Shown here one piece after another: positions 25,694 to 35,558 of a DNA stretch of 53,372 nucleotides. A model generated the notes under the pieces. The model saw only the letters and a program-made list of their open reading frames with translations, did not search any database and was not told the origin of the DNA. Every line of letters starts with the position of its first letter. The stretch's first letter is position 1. Origin of the DNA: a virus. Taxonomy: Duplodnaviria > Caudoviricetes. A program made the position numbers and the translations under genes. The stretch is from positions 1-53,372 of the IMG/VR virus record IMGVR_UViG_3300010160_000059, one strand, 5' to 3'.

Positions 25694-28600
25694 TTATTTG
25701 AGTTGTAGTTTTTGTATAGGTGGAATAAATGCAGAAGTATAACGTGCTATACCATTAGTAATCCTTAACTCATCAATGTATCCATTGAATAGCAAATTAT
25801 TATATGATTTTCCAATATACTTAAATGGTGCTGTTAAATTTGTGCTATTTGTTGCAGTAGAAATAACTGTACCATTATTGTACATATATATTATTCCGTC
25901 ATTTCTAACCACTGCTATGTGTTGCCATGTATTAAGTATTACTGTAGCAGTTACAATGTTTGTTACATTTTCTCTCCATGCTATTTGAGGGCCGGCTGGT
26001 AATGTTGTTCCACTAAATCCAAAACGTATTAATCCTGCTCCATCACCAGTTGTTCTTGCATCTAATAATGCAGGTGCATTACCACTACTATATGATGTTA
26101 ATGGATACATCCACATCTCTACAGTAAAATTCCCAGACCCTAAAGCAACTGCCGAACTTGTACTTATTATTAATCCAGTTCCTGTTGTTCCGTCAAAATA
26201 CATACTCATGTTATTGTATTTTTTAACAGAAGATGCTAACCCTGCATCTCCTGCGGTGTAGATATCATTCATTGATGAAGCATCAACAATTACAGCATCA
26301 GTAAAATTAAGTAATAAATTAGTAGCAGTTAAACTAGCAACTACAGGAGCAACTGGTAATGTGTACGAAGGCACACTATCCGTAAATATACCAGAACTAA
26401 GGAATGTATGTACTGTATATCCGCTTATGTTAGTTGTTATAAGGTCACCACCGGTTGCTCGTTGTGGACCAAAATATCGTATAATAACACATCCTGATCC
26501 CCCAGCCCCGACATTCGCGCCACCACCACCTGTATTTGTTCCACCATTTTGAGCACCACCAACATTCCTCCCGTTAGCACCACCACCAGCGCCGCCTGCA
26601 CCCCCACCTTGACCGCCATAATAATATTGGTTTGGATAAGCGCCTGCGCCGCCGCCCGAATAATAATATCCAAATCCATCAATATTTGACATCGCGCCAG
26701 CACCGCCATTACGATCAGTTGCTGCTGCACCGCCTCCACCGCCACCACCACCACCCTGTGATCCGCCTGGTCCATCAAAACCGTCGTATCCTTGAGGAGG
26801 AACTGTGGATGGAACGTTACCTGATTGTGCCGGATAAGTGGCACCATAACCACCGCCACCTGAACCACCACTAGTACCTCTTACGTTATTAGATGCACCA
26901 CCACCACCACCGGCAGATTCAATAAGTATTCCACCACCTGCTATTGAAGATATAGAACCTTGGAATCCTGGTACTGATCCGCTACTACTACCTGCGCCTC
27001 CTGGTCCCACTGTAACTACATAGTTGATTCCTAGTTGAGAAGTAACGAATGTACCGGTTCTAAAACCGCCGCCGCCGCCACCACCTTTGCCACTACCGGC
27101 ACCTGCGCCACCCCCACCAGCAACCACTAAGTATTCTACGGTTGTTCCTGAACTAATGTTAGATGTAACAACACCATCAGATATAACACCTTTTAATATT
27201 CTTAGGTTAGACATATAACCTGTGTAAGAATTAATTGTAGATACAGCATATCTTCCAATTGTTAATGGATAACTAGCAGATGTAGCAGTAAATGATGATG
27301 TAGTAGTGGCAGTAGTTGTTGTCCTATATCCATTTATATACAAATTTGTAGTTTTGTTGCTACTAGCAAATGTACATGCTATATGATTCCATGCGTTAGG
27401 TTTAATGGTGTTTTTGCCACTTTGCACAATTGTATAATTAGTACCATTTACCGCAACCCAGTCAAATGATCCGCCGTTTACTTGTAATTGCATTCCGGGG
27501 ACAGAAGAATTGCTAATATCAGATGTTCCAATCAATCCAATATTTGAAGCAGTAGTTATAGGATATATCCATCCTTCTATAGTGTAGTCGGTGGTTCCAT
27601 CATGTAGATATGTCCAATTGGGAGTGTTATTGGTGCTTGTAGTACCAATTGTTAAGTAGTCTGTAGTTCCATTAAAATATGCACTACCACCAACTAATGT
27701 AGTATTATATGAACCAAAATTAGAAAATGGTGAAAACTTTTTAACTGCAGGATTTCCGTTGCTCACTATTGTCCAATTATAATTGCTTACATCATCCCAT
27801 ATACTATTAGAACATGTTAGTAATAATGTATTTGTTACTAGTGGTAATGGACTAATCGCAGGAGTAAATGGTGCTGTATAAAAAGCAGTCCCGTTTAATA
27901 TGCGTATGTTTGATATATATCCATTGAAATATGAAGCATCTACATAACCTATTCTTAAATCAGTAGTATAAGCATATAAACTCGATGCATTTGTAGTTGA
28001 TCCTCCTGCAACACCATTTAGGTATGTTGTAAACGTTGATCCGCTACGTACTAATGCAACATGATACCATTGTCCTACTGCTACCGTACCCACGGTAATA
28101 GTACCTATATTAAAACTACTTCCATTTGAACTAAGATAGCATGACAAAGTACCAAGAGCACTCAGTTGAAATTTCCATGCAAATCCAGAATGCCCTATTA
28201 ATTGCTGTCCACTTGCTACACTATTAAAATATACCCAACCTTCAATGGTAAAATTATTGCTGCCTAAACCTAATCCTGTAGTTCCATATGATGTACTATT
28301 TGGTATTGATAGATAACTACTCCCGTCAAAATATACACTCCAATTTTTAGCATACGGATTAAATGATCCTTGTGAGGGAGTACCATTGTGTAATATTGGA
28401 TATGAATTTGTACTATTATCTATAAATTTAGTATTACTTAATGAATTTCCAAATACTAGTGCTCCTGTACTGGTAAACACATAAACTCTATAACCACTAG
28501 TAGTAACCATTATAGGAGAACCGATAATACTAGGCATAGGATTAGCAGATGGTTCCCAAACTATTCCAACGCCGGAACCTCCAGCGCCGCCGGTACTGCT

Positions 28601-30877
28601 TTGACCGCTTTGGCCACCTGCACCCGATCCCCCACCATTTCCTGTACTAGCAGCAGAGTTTACACCACCGTTGCCTGCGGTAGCAGTACCACCAGTTGCA
28701 TAAACTTTTGAATATACCGAATATGGAGTATTTACATGTAGCCCAACACCTCCAGTACCAGTTATTGCTGGTCCACCACAACCGCCTCCTCCTCCACCGT
28801 CACCGCCTGCCCCGTCATTACCGTAACCACCATACGTTGATGTTGATTGTATTGCATAACCAGGACCAGTGGTACCAGGATTGCCACCACTTGCACCCCC
28901 ACCACTACCACCATTGCCACCACCACCACCACCACCACCATATGCTATTTTAGTTATATAATTACTGGTAATTGACGAGTTTCCACCTACCTGGCCGCCA
29001 GCAGAGGCGCCGCCCGCTCCTACTACAATTGATAGCAAAGTAGAAATATTTGTTATAGTAAAAGTACCTGTAATAAGTCCGCCGGCGCCGCCTGCTCCAG
29101 GTGTACCACTAAAGGCTGATCCACCAGCACCTCCTCCTCCTCCACCTATTAATAGATAACGTATAATAGGAGATATGTAGTTTGTACCTGTTGAAGAAGG
29201 AGTTGCGGTAAACGCTGAAATTACTCCGGTAGTTGTAAATGTATGATAAACATAATTTGATACTGTTGAAATAGTACCACCTGTGGCCAATACATTAGTT
29301 CCAGAATAACGAATTATAACAACACCTGATCCACCGGCGCCTGCCGCCGTGCTGCCACCATTTCCATCTCCCCCGTTTCCAGTATATGGTACTCCAGCAA
29401 CAGAGGTAGGTGCTCCGTACAGATAATTATGTGATCCACCACCAGCAGCATATGTATTACCATCGAGCCATGTATATCCAGCACCACCAGAAACTGTATC
29501 ACCAGTTGCTCCGACACCGCCTACGCCGCCTGCACCTCCACCGCCGCCTCCTGATGGATTAGAATTAACTGTTCCGTTACCACCGCTATTTCCTAAAGAT
29601 GTTGAGGAAACATCAGTACCTAAACTGTAAGTTATTTTATTACTGGTTGCACCGTTACCTGCTGTTCCGCCACCACTTGAGCCACCACCGCCGCCAGATC
29701 CACCAACGTTACCAGTATTGGCGGTACCGTATCTTGAAGATCCACCGTAACCACTGCCGCCTCCGCCATTGGCAATTATTGTTGATGTAGATCCAGGTTG
29801 AAATCCTAATCCAGTATAAGAACTTATATAAGATGAATTTCCATTTCCACCGTTAGTGGTGTCATTTCCAATAGGACCACCAGAACCTACAGTAATAGAC
29901 AACGAACCGCCCGGTAGTAATATATTGTTAGAGGTGCCGTATATAAGGCCACCACCACCGCCACCGCCACCGGCAGCATATACAGTGCCGCTGCCGCTAC
30001 CACCGCCCCCACCTGCTACTATTAAATAGTCAAAAGTAATAGCAGGGACAGAACTTAAAGATGTAGGAGTAGTTATATTTGTTGATTGATTGCTGAGTAA
30101 GAGACTAACATAATTAAAATATTGATCGTTGATTGGAATGATACTGTTAATAGGTGTTGGATAGCGAATTATAACAATACCAGATCCGCCGGATGCACCA
30201 TTATTGGTTGTACCACCGCCACCGCCACCGCCGCCCCCACCTGTATTTGTGGTTCCAGCAAAACCGTTACCACTACCTACATAACTGCCACCCCGGCCGC
30301 CCCCACCTACGCCGCCAAGAGGACCTCCCGAACCACCACCGCCACCGCCACCTGCATACGCGGTGTTTGTGCTACTATAATTATTATAAAGACCATCACC
30401 ACCAATATTGTTTACAGATACAGCGCCTGCACCATCTCCACCACCGCCACCAACAGTTCCGGCTGCACCACCTGTAGCAGTTGATGCATAACTAACGTTT
30501 ATAGTACCCACAATAGATGATGCAGTACCGGTGCCTCCGGTGCCGCCATCACCACCATTACCAACTGTAATATTATATTGTCCAATATTTAATGTTACAT
30601 TAGTTGCTGTAACAAATTGACCAGCATCACCACCGCCACCGTTATTACTACCACCACCACCGCCATACCCATTCTCTCCACCACCCCCACCCCCTACTAA
30701 TAATATATCAACTGTTGCAGTAGAGAATATTGTAAAATTATTAGTACCAGTAGATAAAAAAGTATGTACAGTATATGAAACTCCCCCATCGGTGTAATAG
30801 GAGATAGTACCACCTACCGCATTGAAGGTTGGATATACATATCGTTGTCGTTTAAATACACCAAGGTCGTAGGTCAT
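25694..30877 (-). CDS. Tail fibre/adhesin with four glycine-rich domains and three LamG/concanavalin-like domains
   Basis: Repeated (D/E/R)YL(I/V)xGGGG...GGSGxVIIRY...HTF modules and FT(I/V)EGW...W.H(I/V)A.VR...GYISN.RI LamG motifs. Confidence 0.88.
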   Translation of the reverse strand: MTYDLGVFKRQRYVYPTFNAVGGTISYYTDGGVSYTVHTFLSTGTNNFTIFSTATVDILLVGGGGGGENGYGGGGGSNNGGGGDAGQFVTATNVTLNIGQYNITVGNGGDGGTGGTGTASSIVGTINVSYASTATGGAAGTVGGGGGDGAGAVSVNNIGGDGLYNNYSSTNTAYAGGGGGGGSGGPLGGVGGGGRGGSYVGSGNGFAGTTNTGGGGGGGGGGTTNNGASGGSGIVIIRYPTPINSIIPINDQYFNYVSLLLSNQSTNITTPTSLSSVPAITFDYLIVAGGGGGSGSGTVYAAGGGGGGGGLIYGTSNNILLPGGSLSITVGSGGPIGNDTTNGGNGNSSYISSYTGLGFQPGSTSTIIANGGGGSGYGGSSRYGTANTGNVGGSGGGGGSSGGGTAGNGATSNKITYSLGTDVSSTSLGNSGGNGTVNSNPSGGGGGGAGGVGGVGATGDTVSGGAGYTWLDGNTYAAGGGSHNYLYGAPTSVAGVPYTGNGGDGNGGSTAAGAGGSGVVIIRYSGTNVLATGGTISTVSNYVYHTFTTTGVISAFTATPSSTGTNYISPIIRYLLIGGGGGGAGGSAFSGTPGAGGAGGLITGTFTITNISTLLSIVVGAGGASAGGQVGGNSSITSNYITKIAYGGGGGGGGNGGSGGGASGGNPGTTGPGYAIQSTSTYGGYGNDGAGGDGGGGGGCGGPAITGTGGVGLHVNTPYSVYSKVYATGGTATAGNGGVNSAASTGNGGGSGAGGQSGQSSTGGAGGSGVGIVWEPSANPMPSIIGSPIMVTTSGYRVYVFTSTGALVFGNSLSNTKFIDNSTNSYPILHNGTPSQGSFNPYAKNWSVYFDGSSYLSIPNSTSYGTTGLGLGSNNFTIEGWVYFNSVASGQQLIGHSGFAWKFQLSALGTLSCYLSSNGSSFNIGTITVGTVAVGQWYHVALVRSGSTFTTYLNGVAGGSTTNASSLYAYTTDLRIGYVDASYFNGYISNIRILNGTAFYTAPFTPAISPLPLVTNTLLLTCSNSIWDDVSNYNWTIVSNGNPAVKKFSPFSNFGSYNTTLVGGSAYFNGTTDYLTIGTTSTNNTPNWTYLHDGTTDYTIEGWIYPITTASNIGLIGTSDISNSSVPGMQLQVNGGSFDWVAVNGTNYTIVQSGKNTIKPNAWNHIACTFASSNKTTNLYINGYRTTTTATTTSSFTATSASYPLTIGRYAVSTINSYTGYMSNLRILKGVISDGVVTSNISSGTTVEYLVVAGGGGAGAGSGKGGGGGGGFRTGTFVTSQLGINYVVTVGPGGAGSSSGSVPGFQGSISSIAGGGILIESAGGGGGASNNVRGTSGGSGGGGYGATYPAQSGNVPSTVPPQGYDGFDGPGGSQGGGGGGGGGAAATDRNGGAGAMSNIDGFGYYYSGGGAGAYPNQYYYGGQGGGAGGAGGGANGRNVGGAQNGGTNTGGGGANVGAGGSGCVIIRYFGPQRATGGDLITTNISGYTVHTFLSSGIFTDSVPSYTLPVAPVVASLTATNLLLNFTDAVIVDASSMNDIYTAGDAGLASSVKKYNNMSMYFDGTTGTGLIISTSSAVALGSGNFTVEMWMYPLTSYSSGNAPALLDARTTGDGAGLIRFGFSGTTLPAGPQIAWRENVTNIVTATVILNTWQHIAVVRNDGIIYMYNNGTVISTATNSTNLTAPFKYIGKSYNNLLFNGYIDELRITNGIARYTSAFIPPIQKLQLK

Positions 30878-30891
30878 TATTACTGTTTAAT

Positions 30892-31266
30892 TTATTCAGT
30901 AGGAGGCATTGGGTTAGAATCCCAAGTTAGATTTATATTATTCCATGTATAATATACATTATTTTCTATTCCATCAGTTGGCATAGGAATAGGTGGTTCC
31001 CAAATACATGTATCTTCATTTAACAACCAACCAACATATGGTTTAGGAGCATAAAAAGCATCTCGTTGGCTATCGTATATATATCCAATTCCTGCATAGT
31101 TTTTACGTAAAGGAGTCCCACCCAATCTGTGTTCTCCACCATATGTGTTGTAACTAGTTTGAACCCACATACTAGGATCGCCCCAATATCCAGTATTAAG
31201 TACGTCTTGTTCGATAACAATTACTTGTGTAACTATTCCGTTTTCTACTTTTGCAAAATGACTCAT
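30892..31266 (-). CDS. Tail-fibre-associated small protein
   Basis: MSHFAKVENGIVTQVIV, WVQTSYN, RKNYAGIGY and WEPPIPMP motifs, characteristic of the family found beside glycine-rich fibres. Confidence 0.85.
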   Translation of the reverse strand: MSHFAKVENGIVTQVIVIEQDVLNTGYWGDPSMWVQTSYNTYGGEHRLGGTPLRKNYAGIGYIYDSQRDAFYAPKPYVGWLLNEDTCIWEPPIPMPTDGIENNVYYTWNNINLTWDSNPMPPTE

Positions 31267-31355
31267 CTTGAAAATCCTTATTATAATATAATGTTATAGT
31301 TATTTATAACATAGTAATTTATCAATGTAATGATATTAAAATATTTGTTTTTGAA

Positions 31356-33803
31356 TTAATACCAAACTTGACCACCTGATGTGACTGCTGTAGTAAGTGA
31401 TGCGTCACTTCCGGTTACTCCTATAACAAAGTTTTGAACACGAACACTTATTAATCTAGGATCATTATCTGGTCTAATTTCCTGTATAGATTGATAATTT
31501 CCCGGAGTATTATATGTAGCAGGTAATGTTGGATCACTATTTTTTAACATCATTTCATGATCAGTTATATATGAGATGATTTGGAGATTTCCAGCAACTA
31601 TAGACTGTGATTGAGATGTTTTAGCCACATTTATATCAACACTATTATAATTTGTCAAATTACCAGTATTAAGAGTTTCATACTGTAGGCCTTGATATGA
31701 CGTTACGATATTATCAAATTGTGTTAATAATAATTTATTTGTGGTGCTTGAAACTGTTAATAAAACAGTACTAGCAGTGTTTACACTATTAGATAACAAT
31801 GGCATAATACTAGGATATGAATAAGTAGATGCTGTAGTATTATATACTATCAATAAAGCACCGCCTGCTCCATTTCCGGTAGCGGTATCAACAGATGCTA
31901 CGGCCGCTCCCGAACCACCTCCACCATATAATCCACCATTGCCACCTGTACCAGGTTGTCCTCCTAGATTAAATAATGCACCACCTAACCCTGGATTATT
32001 TGCAGAGCCTCCGGATATAATATAATTAGAACTGGTAGTTATTCCATAAACATCAACACCCCCACCTCCTCCACTAGCCGCAGTAGTACTAGCACCACCA
32101 CCGCTGCCGCCGGCCTGAATTTGATATCCTGTATTAGTTGATGCAGAACCATTAGCCCCCATGCCACCAGCACCGCCGTACCAATTGCCAGCGCCCCCAC
32201 CCCCACCACCATATGGGTTACCTTGTCCTCCATTGGCCTGAGCATAGAATGGAAAAGGACCTAGTGTAAAAATAGCACTTGAGAAAAATGCATGTGCCGT
32301 ATAAAGTGTAGATCCTGAAGTATATGAATATATAGTACCGCCGGTACCTCGTTGCGGTCCTACATAACGTATGATAACAGCACCACTACCACCAGTACCG
32401 CCTGCATTAGTTGCATTAATATGAGAACCACCACCACCGCCACCACCAGTATTAGTACCACCATTACCGCCGGCTTTATTAGTTGTTGTGCCTAATGTTC
32501 CTGCTATTGCATCTGCACCTGGATTTATACCCTGTGTATTACCATAGCCACCACCGGTACCAGAAGCACTTCCACCACTTAATGGAGCACCACCACCACC
32601 ACCACCGGCGCCGCCGTTACCAGAAAGATTACTGTAGCCGGAGCCACCACCACCACCTCCCCAATAATATGTAGTTCCTAATATCGAACTTGAAAGACCA
32701 GTTCCACCTACATTACCTGTAGCAGCGGATACTCCCACACTTGTAGCACCGCCGCCGCCACTTGCATAATAATTACCAATACTAGCGACTCCAGCATATC
32801 CCTGTCCTGCTATACCTAAACCAAATACACTACTACTAGATTGAGCACCGCCTCCTGAGCCACCAAAACTTGCAACACTTACACTTGGAGCACTATATTC
32901 TGATCCACCACCGCCACCACCAACAGTGGTAAATGTTGAATTAAATGGATTCCATAATAAACTAAATGGACTTCCTGCAATTGCGCCCGATGCAATCAAT
33001 GAAGCACTGCTAGTACTATAATCTTTAGTATATGTACTACTTGAACATGCTAATAATACTGTATTGGTTACAGGAGTTAATGGTGTTGAACTTACAGTAA
33101 AAGTATTTGTATATAGTGCAGTTCCATTGGTAATTCTAACATTTGAAATATATTGGTTAGCACCGCCTGTTACATTGTTAGCCCCTATATATAAATTGCT
33201 GGCACTAAATCCCAATGTTGTTGCATTGCTGGCAGTTGTGGCAGAAGGAACTCCATTCAAATATACTTTAACAATACCACTGCTACGAACTAATGCTATA
33301 TGATTCCATGTTTGAATTGCAGGGACTCTATCAGTTACAACAAGATTGGCAGTAGCATTGTTTAAATAGACGTTTATACCTGTTCCTGCATTAACATTTA
33401 TTCCAAAATAAGGATTAGTCCCCTGTACTATCATACTAGCATCACCTGTTGCTAGTCTGTATATCCATCCTTCAACTGTAAAATTTCCTGTATATGCAAA
33501 TGAAACATTAGCACCAGGAGTTAAGGATTGTGCCGATTGTAACATAACGCTATAAGTTGCTGTAGTGGAAGTATTGATAATTGCACTATCAGTGCCATTG
33601 CTACCACGTACTTGATTTGCACCCGCAGGTGCTCCACTTCCTCCAGCACCTACAGTTATATTATATGAACCAAAAGTTAGATATTGACTAGTGGCAGTTG
33701 TTCCGCCAGCGCCACCACCACCACCCATGTCAGATCCACCACCACCACCACCGGCTACCAATAGTATATCTGCAGTTGTTCCAGTTGAAAGATTAGTTGG
33801 CAT
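31356..33803 (-). CDS. Glycine-rich/LamG virion protein
   Basis: Gly-rich domain interrupted by LamG, then a partial second Gly-rich domain; no clear SD. Confidence 0.82.
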   Translation of the reverse strand: MPTNLSTGTTADILLVAGGGGGGSDMGGGGGAGGTTATSQYLTFGSYNITVGAGGSGAPAGANQVRGSNGTDSAIINTSTTATYSVMLQSAQSLTPGANVSFAYTGNFTVEGWIYRLATGDASMIVQGTNPYFGINVNAGTGINVYLNNATANLVVTDRVPAIQTWNHIALVRSSGIVKVYLNGVPSATTASNATTLGFSASNLYIGANNVTGGANQYISNVRITNGTALYTNTFTVSSTPLTPVTNTVLLACSSSTYTKDYSTSSASLIASGAIAGSPFSLLWNPFNSTFTTVGGGGGGSEYSAPSVSVASFGGSGGGAQSSSSVFGLGIAGQGYAGVASIGNYYASGGGGATSVGVSAATGNVGGTGLSSSILGTTYYWGGGGGGSGYSNLSGNGGAGGGGGGAPLSGGSASGTGGGYGNTQGINPGADAIAGTLGTTTNKAGGNGGTNTGGGGGGGSHINATNAGGTGGSGAVIIRYVGPQRGTGGTIYSYTSGSTLYTAHAFFSSAIFTLGPFPFYAQANGGQGNPYGGGGGGAGNWYGGAGGMGANGSASTNTGYQIQAGGSGGGASTTAASGGGGGVDVYGITTSSNYIISGGSANNPGLGGALFNLGGQPGTGGNGGLYGGGGSGAAVASVDTATGNGAGGALLIVYNTTASTYSYPSIMPLLSNSVNTASTVLLTVSSTTNKLLLTQFDNIVTSYQGLQYETLNTGNLTNYNSVDINVAKTSQSQSIVAGNLQIISYITDHEMMLKNSDPTLPATYNTPGNYQSIQEIRPDNDPRLISVRVQNFVIGVTGSDASLTTAVTSGGQVWY

Positions 33804-33812
33804 AATTTTTAA

Positions 33813-35558
33813 TTAGAAAGTTAAAGTTCCACTAGAAGTAAATGTATGTATAAAATATCCACCCGAGGTTGAAGTTGTTCCACCAGTAGCAAATTGTGTT
33901 GAGCCGAGATATCTTACTATTGCTATTCCAGGGTTACCATTGTAAGATGAATTATTTGGAGCGCCTGTGCCATTGGCTCCATATCCATAATATCCTTGTT
34001 GAACATTTGAGGAATTATATCCAGTAACGTATACTGTACCAGAATCACTATTTCCATATCCCCCACCTGCATAATTTACGCTAGATCCGCTTATAGATGA
34101 TGTATAAGGAGCACCGCCGGTAACGTAGGCGCCGGTTCCAGTAACACCGGCGCCACCAGCACCGCCTCCCGAACCACCTCCCCACTGTCCAGTATATGAG
34201 GTGCCTCCTGAATTGCCATAACCAACACCGTTAAATGATGGATAACTTCCTTGACTCGATCCACCACCTGATGATCCGTATTGACTACCACCACCACCAC
34301 CTGATCCTCCTGATTGGCCTAGTGTTGGAGAATTATTAGCACCTGTATGACTACCACCACCACCACCACCCGGTGCAACAACTGCACCAGCACCAGTAGA
34401 TCCGCTAAATGTTGCTGTAGTGGCATTACCGTTGTTTCCTACTACAGCACTTTGAGCAGATGTACCGCCACCACCAATAGTAAATGCAATTGCAGTACTA
34501 CCGGGTGCTATAGAAAATGCTGTTCCAACTACTACCCCGCCGGCACCACCGCCGCCACCAACGTCAAATCCTGCGCCACCACCCCCACCGACAATTAAGT
34601 AGTCTATAGTTAGTGTGAATTTAAGAATTTTAATAGTAAATGGTTTTGTTATAGTTTGAGTGCCGTTTGTTGCAGAAAGTGTAAAAGTTGTGTATTCTGT
34701 ATCTGATGATATATTTTGGTATGTCCATGATATAACACCTGTACTAGTATTTAAACTAGCTCCGGTAGGCAATGATCCAGAACTAACTGAATATGTAATT
34801 GCTCCACCTACTGGATCATATGCTGATTGGGTAGTAAGCACTCCGGAGACATCTGAAGAAGTTACACCTATACTACCCGATGTCCAAAAAATAGAATCGC
34901 CGCCTGCACCGCCTTGTGCAAGAACTATAGGTACATTAGTGCCTGGCAATAACAAATAAGTACTACTACCGTTAAGTCCATAAGTTCCTCCAGTTGCACC
35001 GCCAGCGCCGACAACTATAGTACATGTAGTTCCCGGTGTTACTGATATTGAATTTGAATAAGATATAAGACCACCGCCGCCACCACTACCGCCTGCTGAT
35101 TTTTGAGATCCGCCACCGCCACCGCCTATTCCTGCTACTGATATACTAGTAACTCCGGCTGGCACAGTCCAACTATAAGTACCGGGTGTACTGAATAATT
35201 GACTACTAAAATTAGTAGCAGTAAGTGCCAAAGTACCAAAATTGCTACCAACTTGTTGATTAAAATTTGCATATCCGGCAGCAGTTGGGGTGCTATAAAA
35301 AGTTAATGCTGGGCCTGTAGAGAAACGCTGTCCTCCACCCATATTATCAGATAGATTAAGAGATTTAGTTACATTAAATTCTGTTGCTACTAAGGCTCCG
35401 ACCTGTCTTGCTGTAATTGAACTATTATTAACAGTAATTGTTGCTTGGCCGGGACTTACGTCTCCTAACATTCGGTCAGAAGGATTCACACCATATATTG
35501 CCACAATGGTCAGTTGATTTTGTGTTACAAGATCAACTGCGCTTAAATATGTTCCCAT
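33813..35558 (-). CDS. Glycine-rich virion protein with putative Ig (He_PIG-like) domain
   Basis: TPGTYSWTVPAGV Gly-rich start, YSVSSGSLPTGASLNTSTGVIS Ig-like segment and a complete Gly-rich domain; TAATG coupling to the upstream gene. Confidence 0.85.
   Translation of the reverse strand: MGTYLSAVDLVTQNQLTIVAIYGVNPSDRMLGDVSPGQATITVNNSSITARQVGALVATEFNVTKSLNLSDNMGGGQRFSTGPALTFYSTPTAAGYANFNQQVGSNFGTLALTATNFSSQLFSTPGTYSWTVPAGVTSISVAGIGGGGGGSQKSAGGSGGGGGLISYSNSISVTPGTTCTIVVGAGGATGGTYGLNGSSTYLLLPGTNVPIVLAQGGAGGDSIFWTSGSIGVTSSDVSGVLTTQSAYDPVGGAITYSVSSGSLPTGASLNTSTGVISWTYQNISSDTEYTTFTLSATNGTQTITKPFTIKILKFTLTIDYLIVGGGGGAGFDVGGGGGAGGVVVGTAFSIAPGSTAIAFTIGGGGTSAQSAVVGNNGNATTATFSGSTGAGAVVAPGGGGGGSHTGANNSPTLGQSGGSGGGGGSQYGSSGGGSSQGSYPSFNGVGYGNSGGTSYTGQWGGGSGGGAGGAGVTGTGAYVTGGAPYTSSISGSSVNYAGGGYGNSDSGTVYVTGYNSSNVQQGYYGYGANGTGAPNNSSYNGNPGIAIVRYLGSTQFATGGTTSTSGGYFIHTFTSSGTLTF

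Noticed and set aside
30678-30695. G-runs as a phase-variation tract
   Set aside because: The runs are at most 5 nt, encode poly-Gly, and the frame is intact.
26437-34959. His-rich or Val-rich alternative ORFs (e.g. poly-His at 28696-28953)
   Set aside because: By-products of GGT/GGC glycine runs read in other frames or on the other strand.
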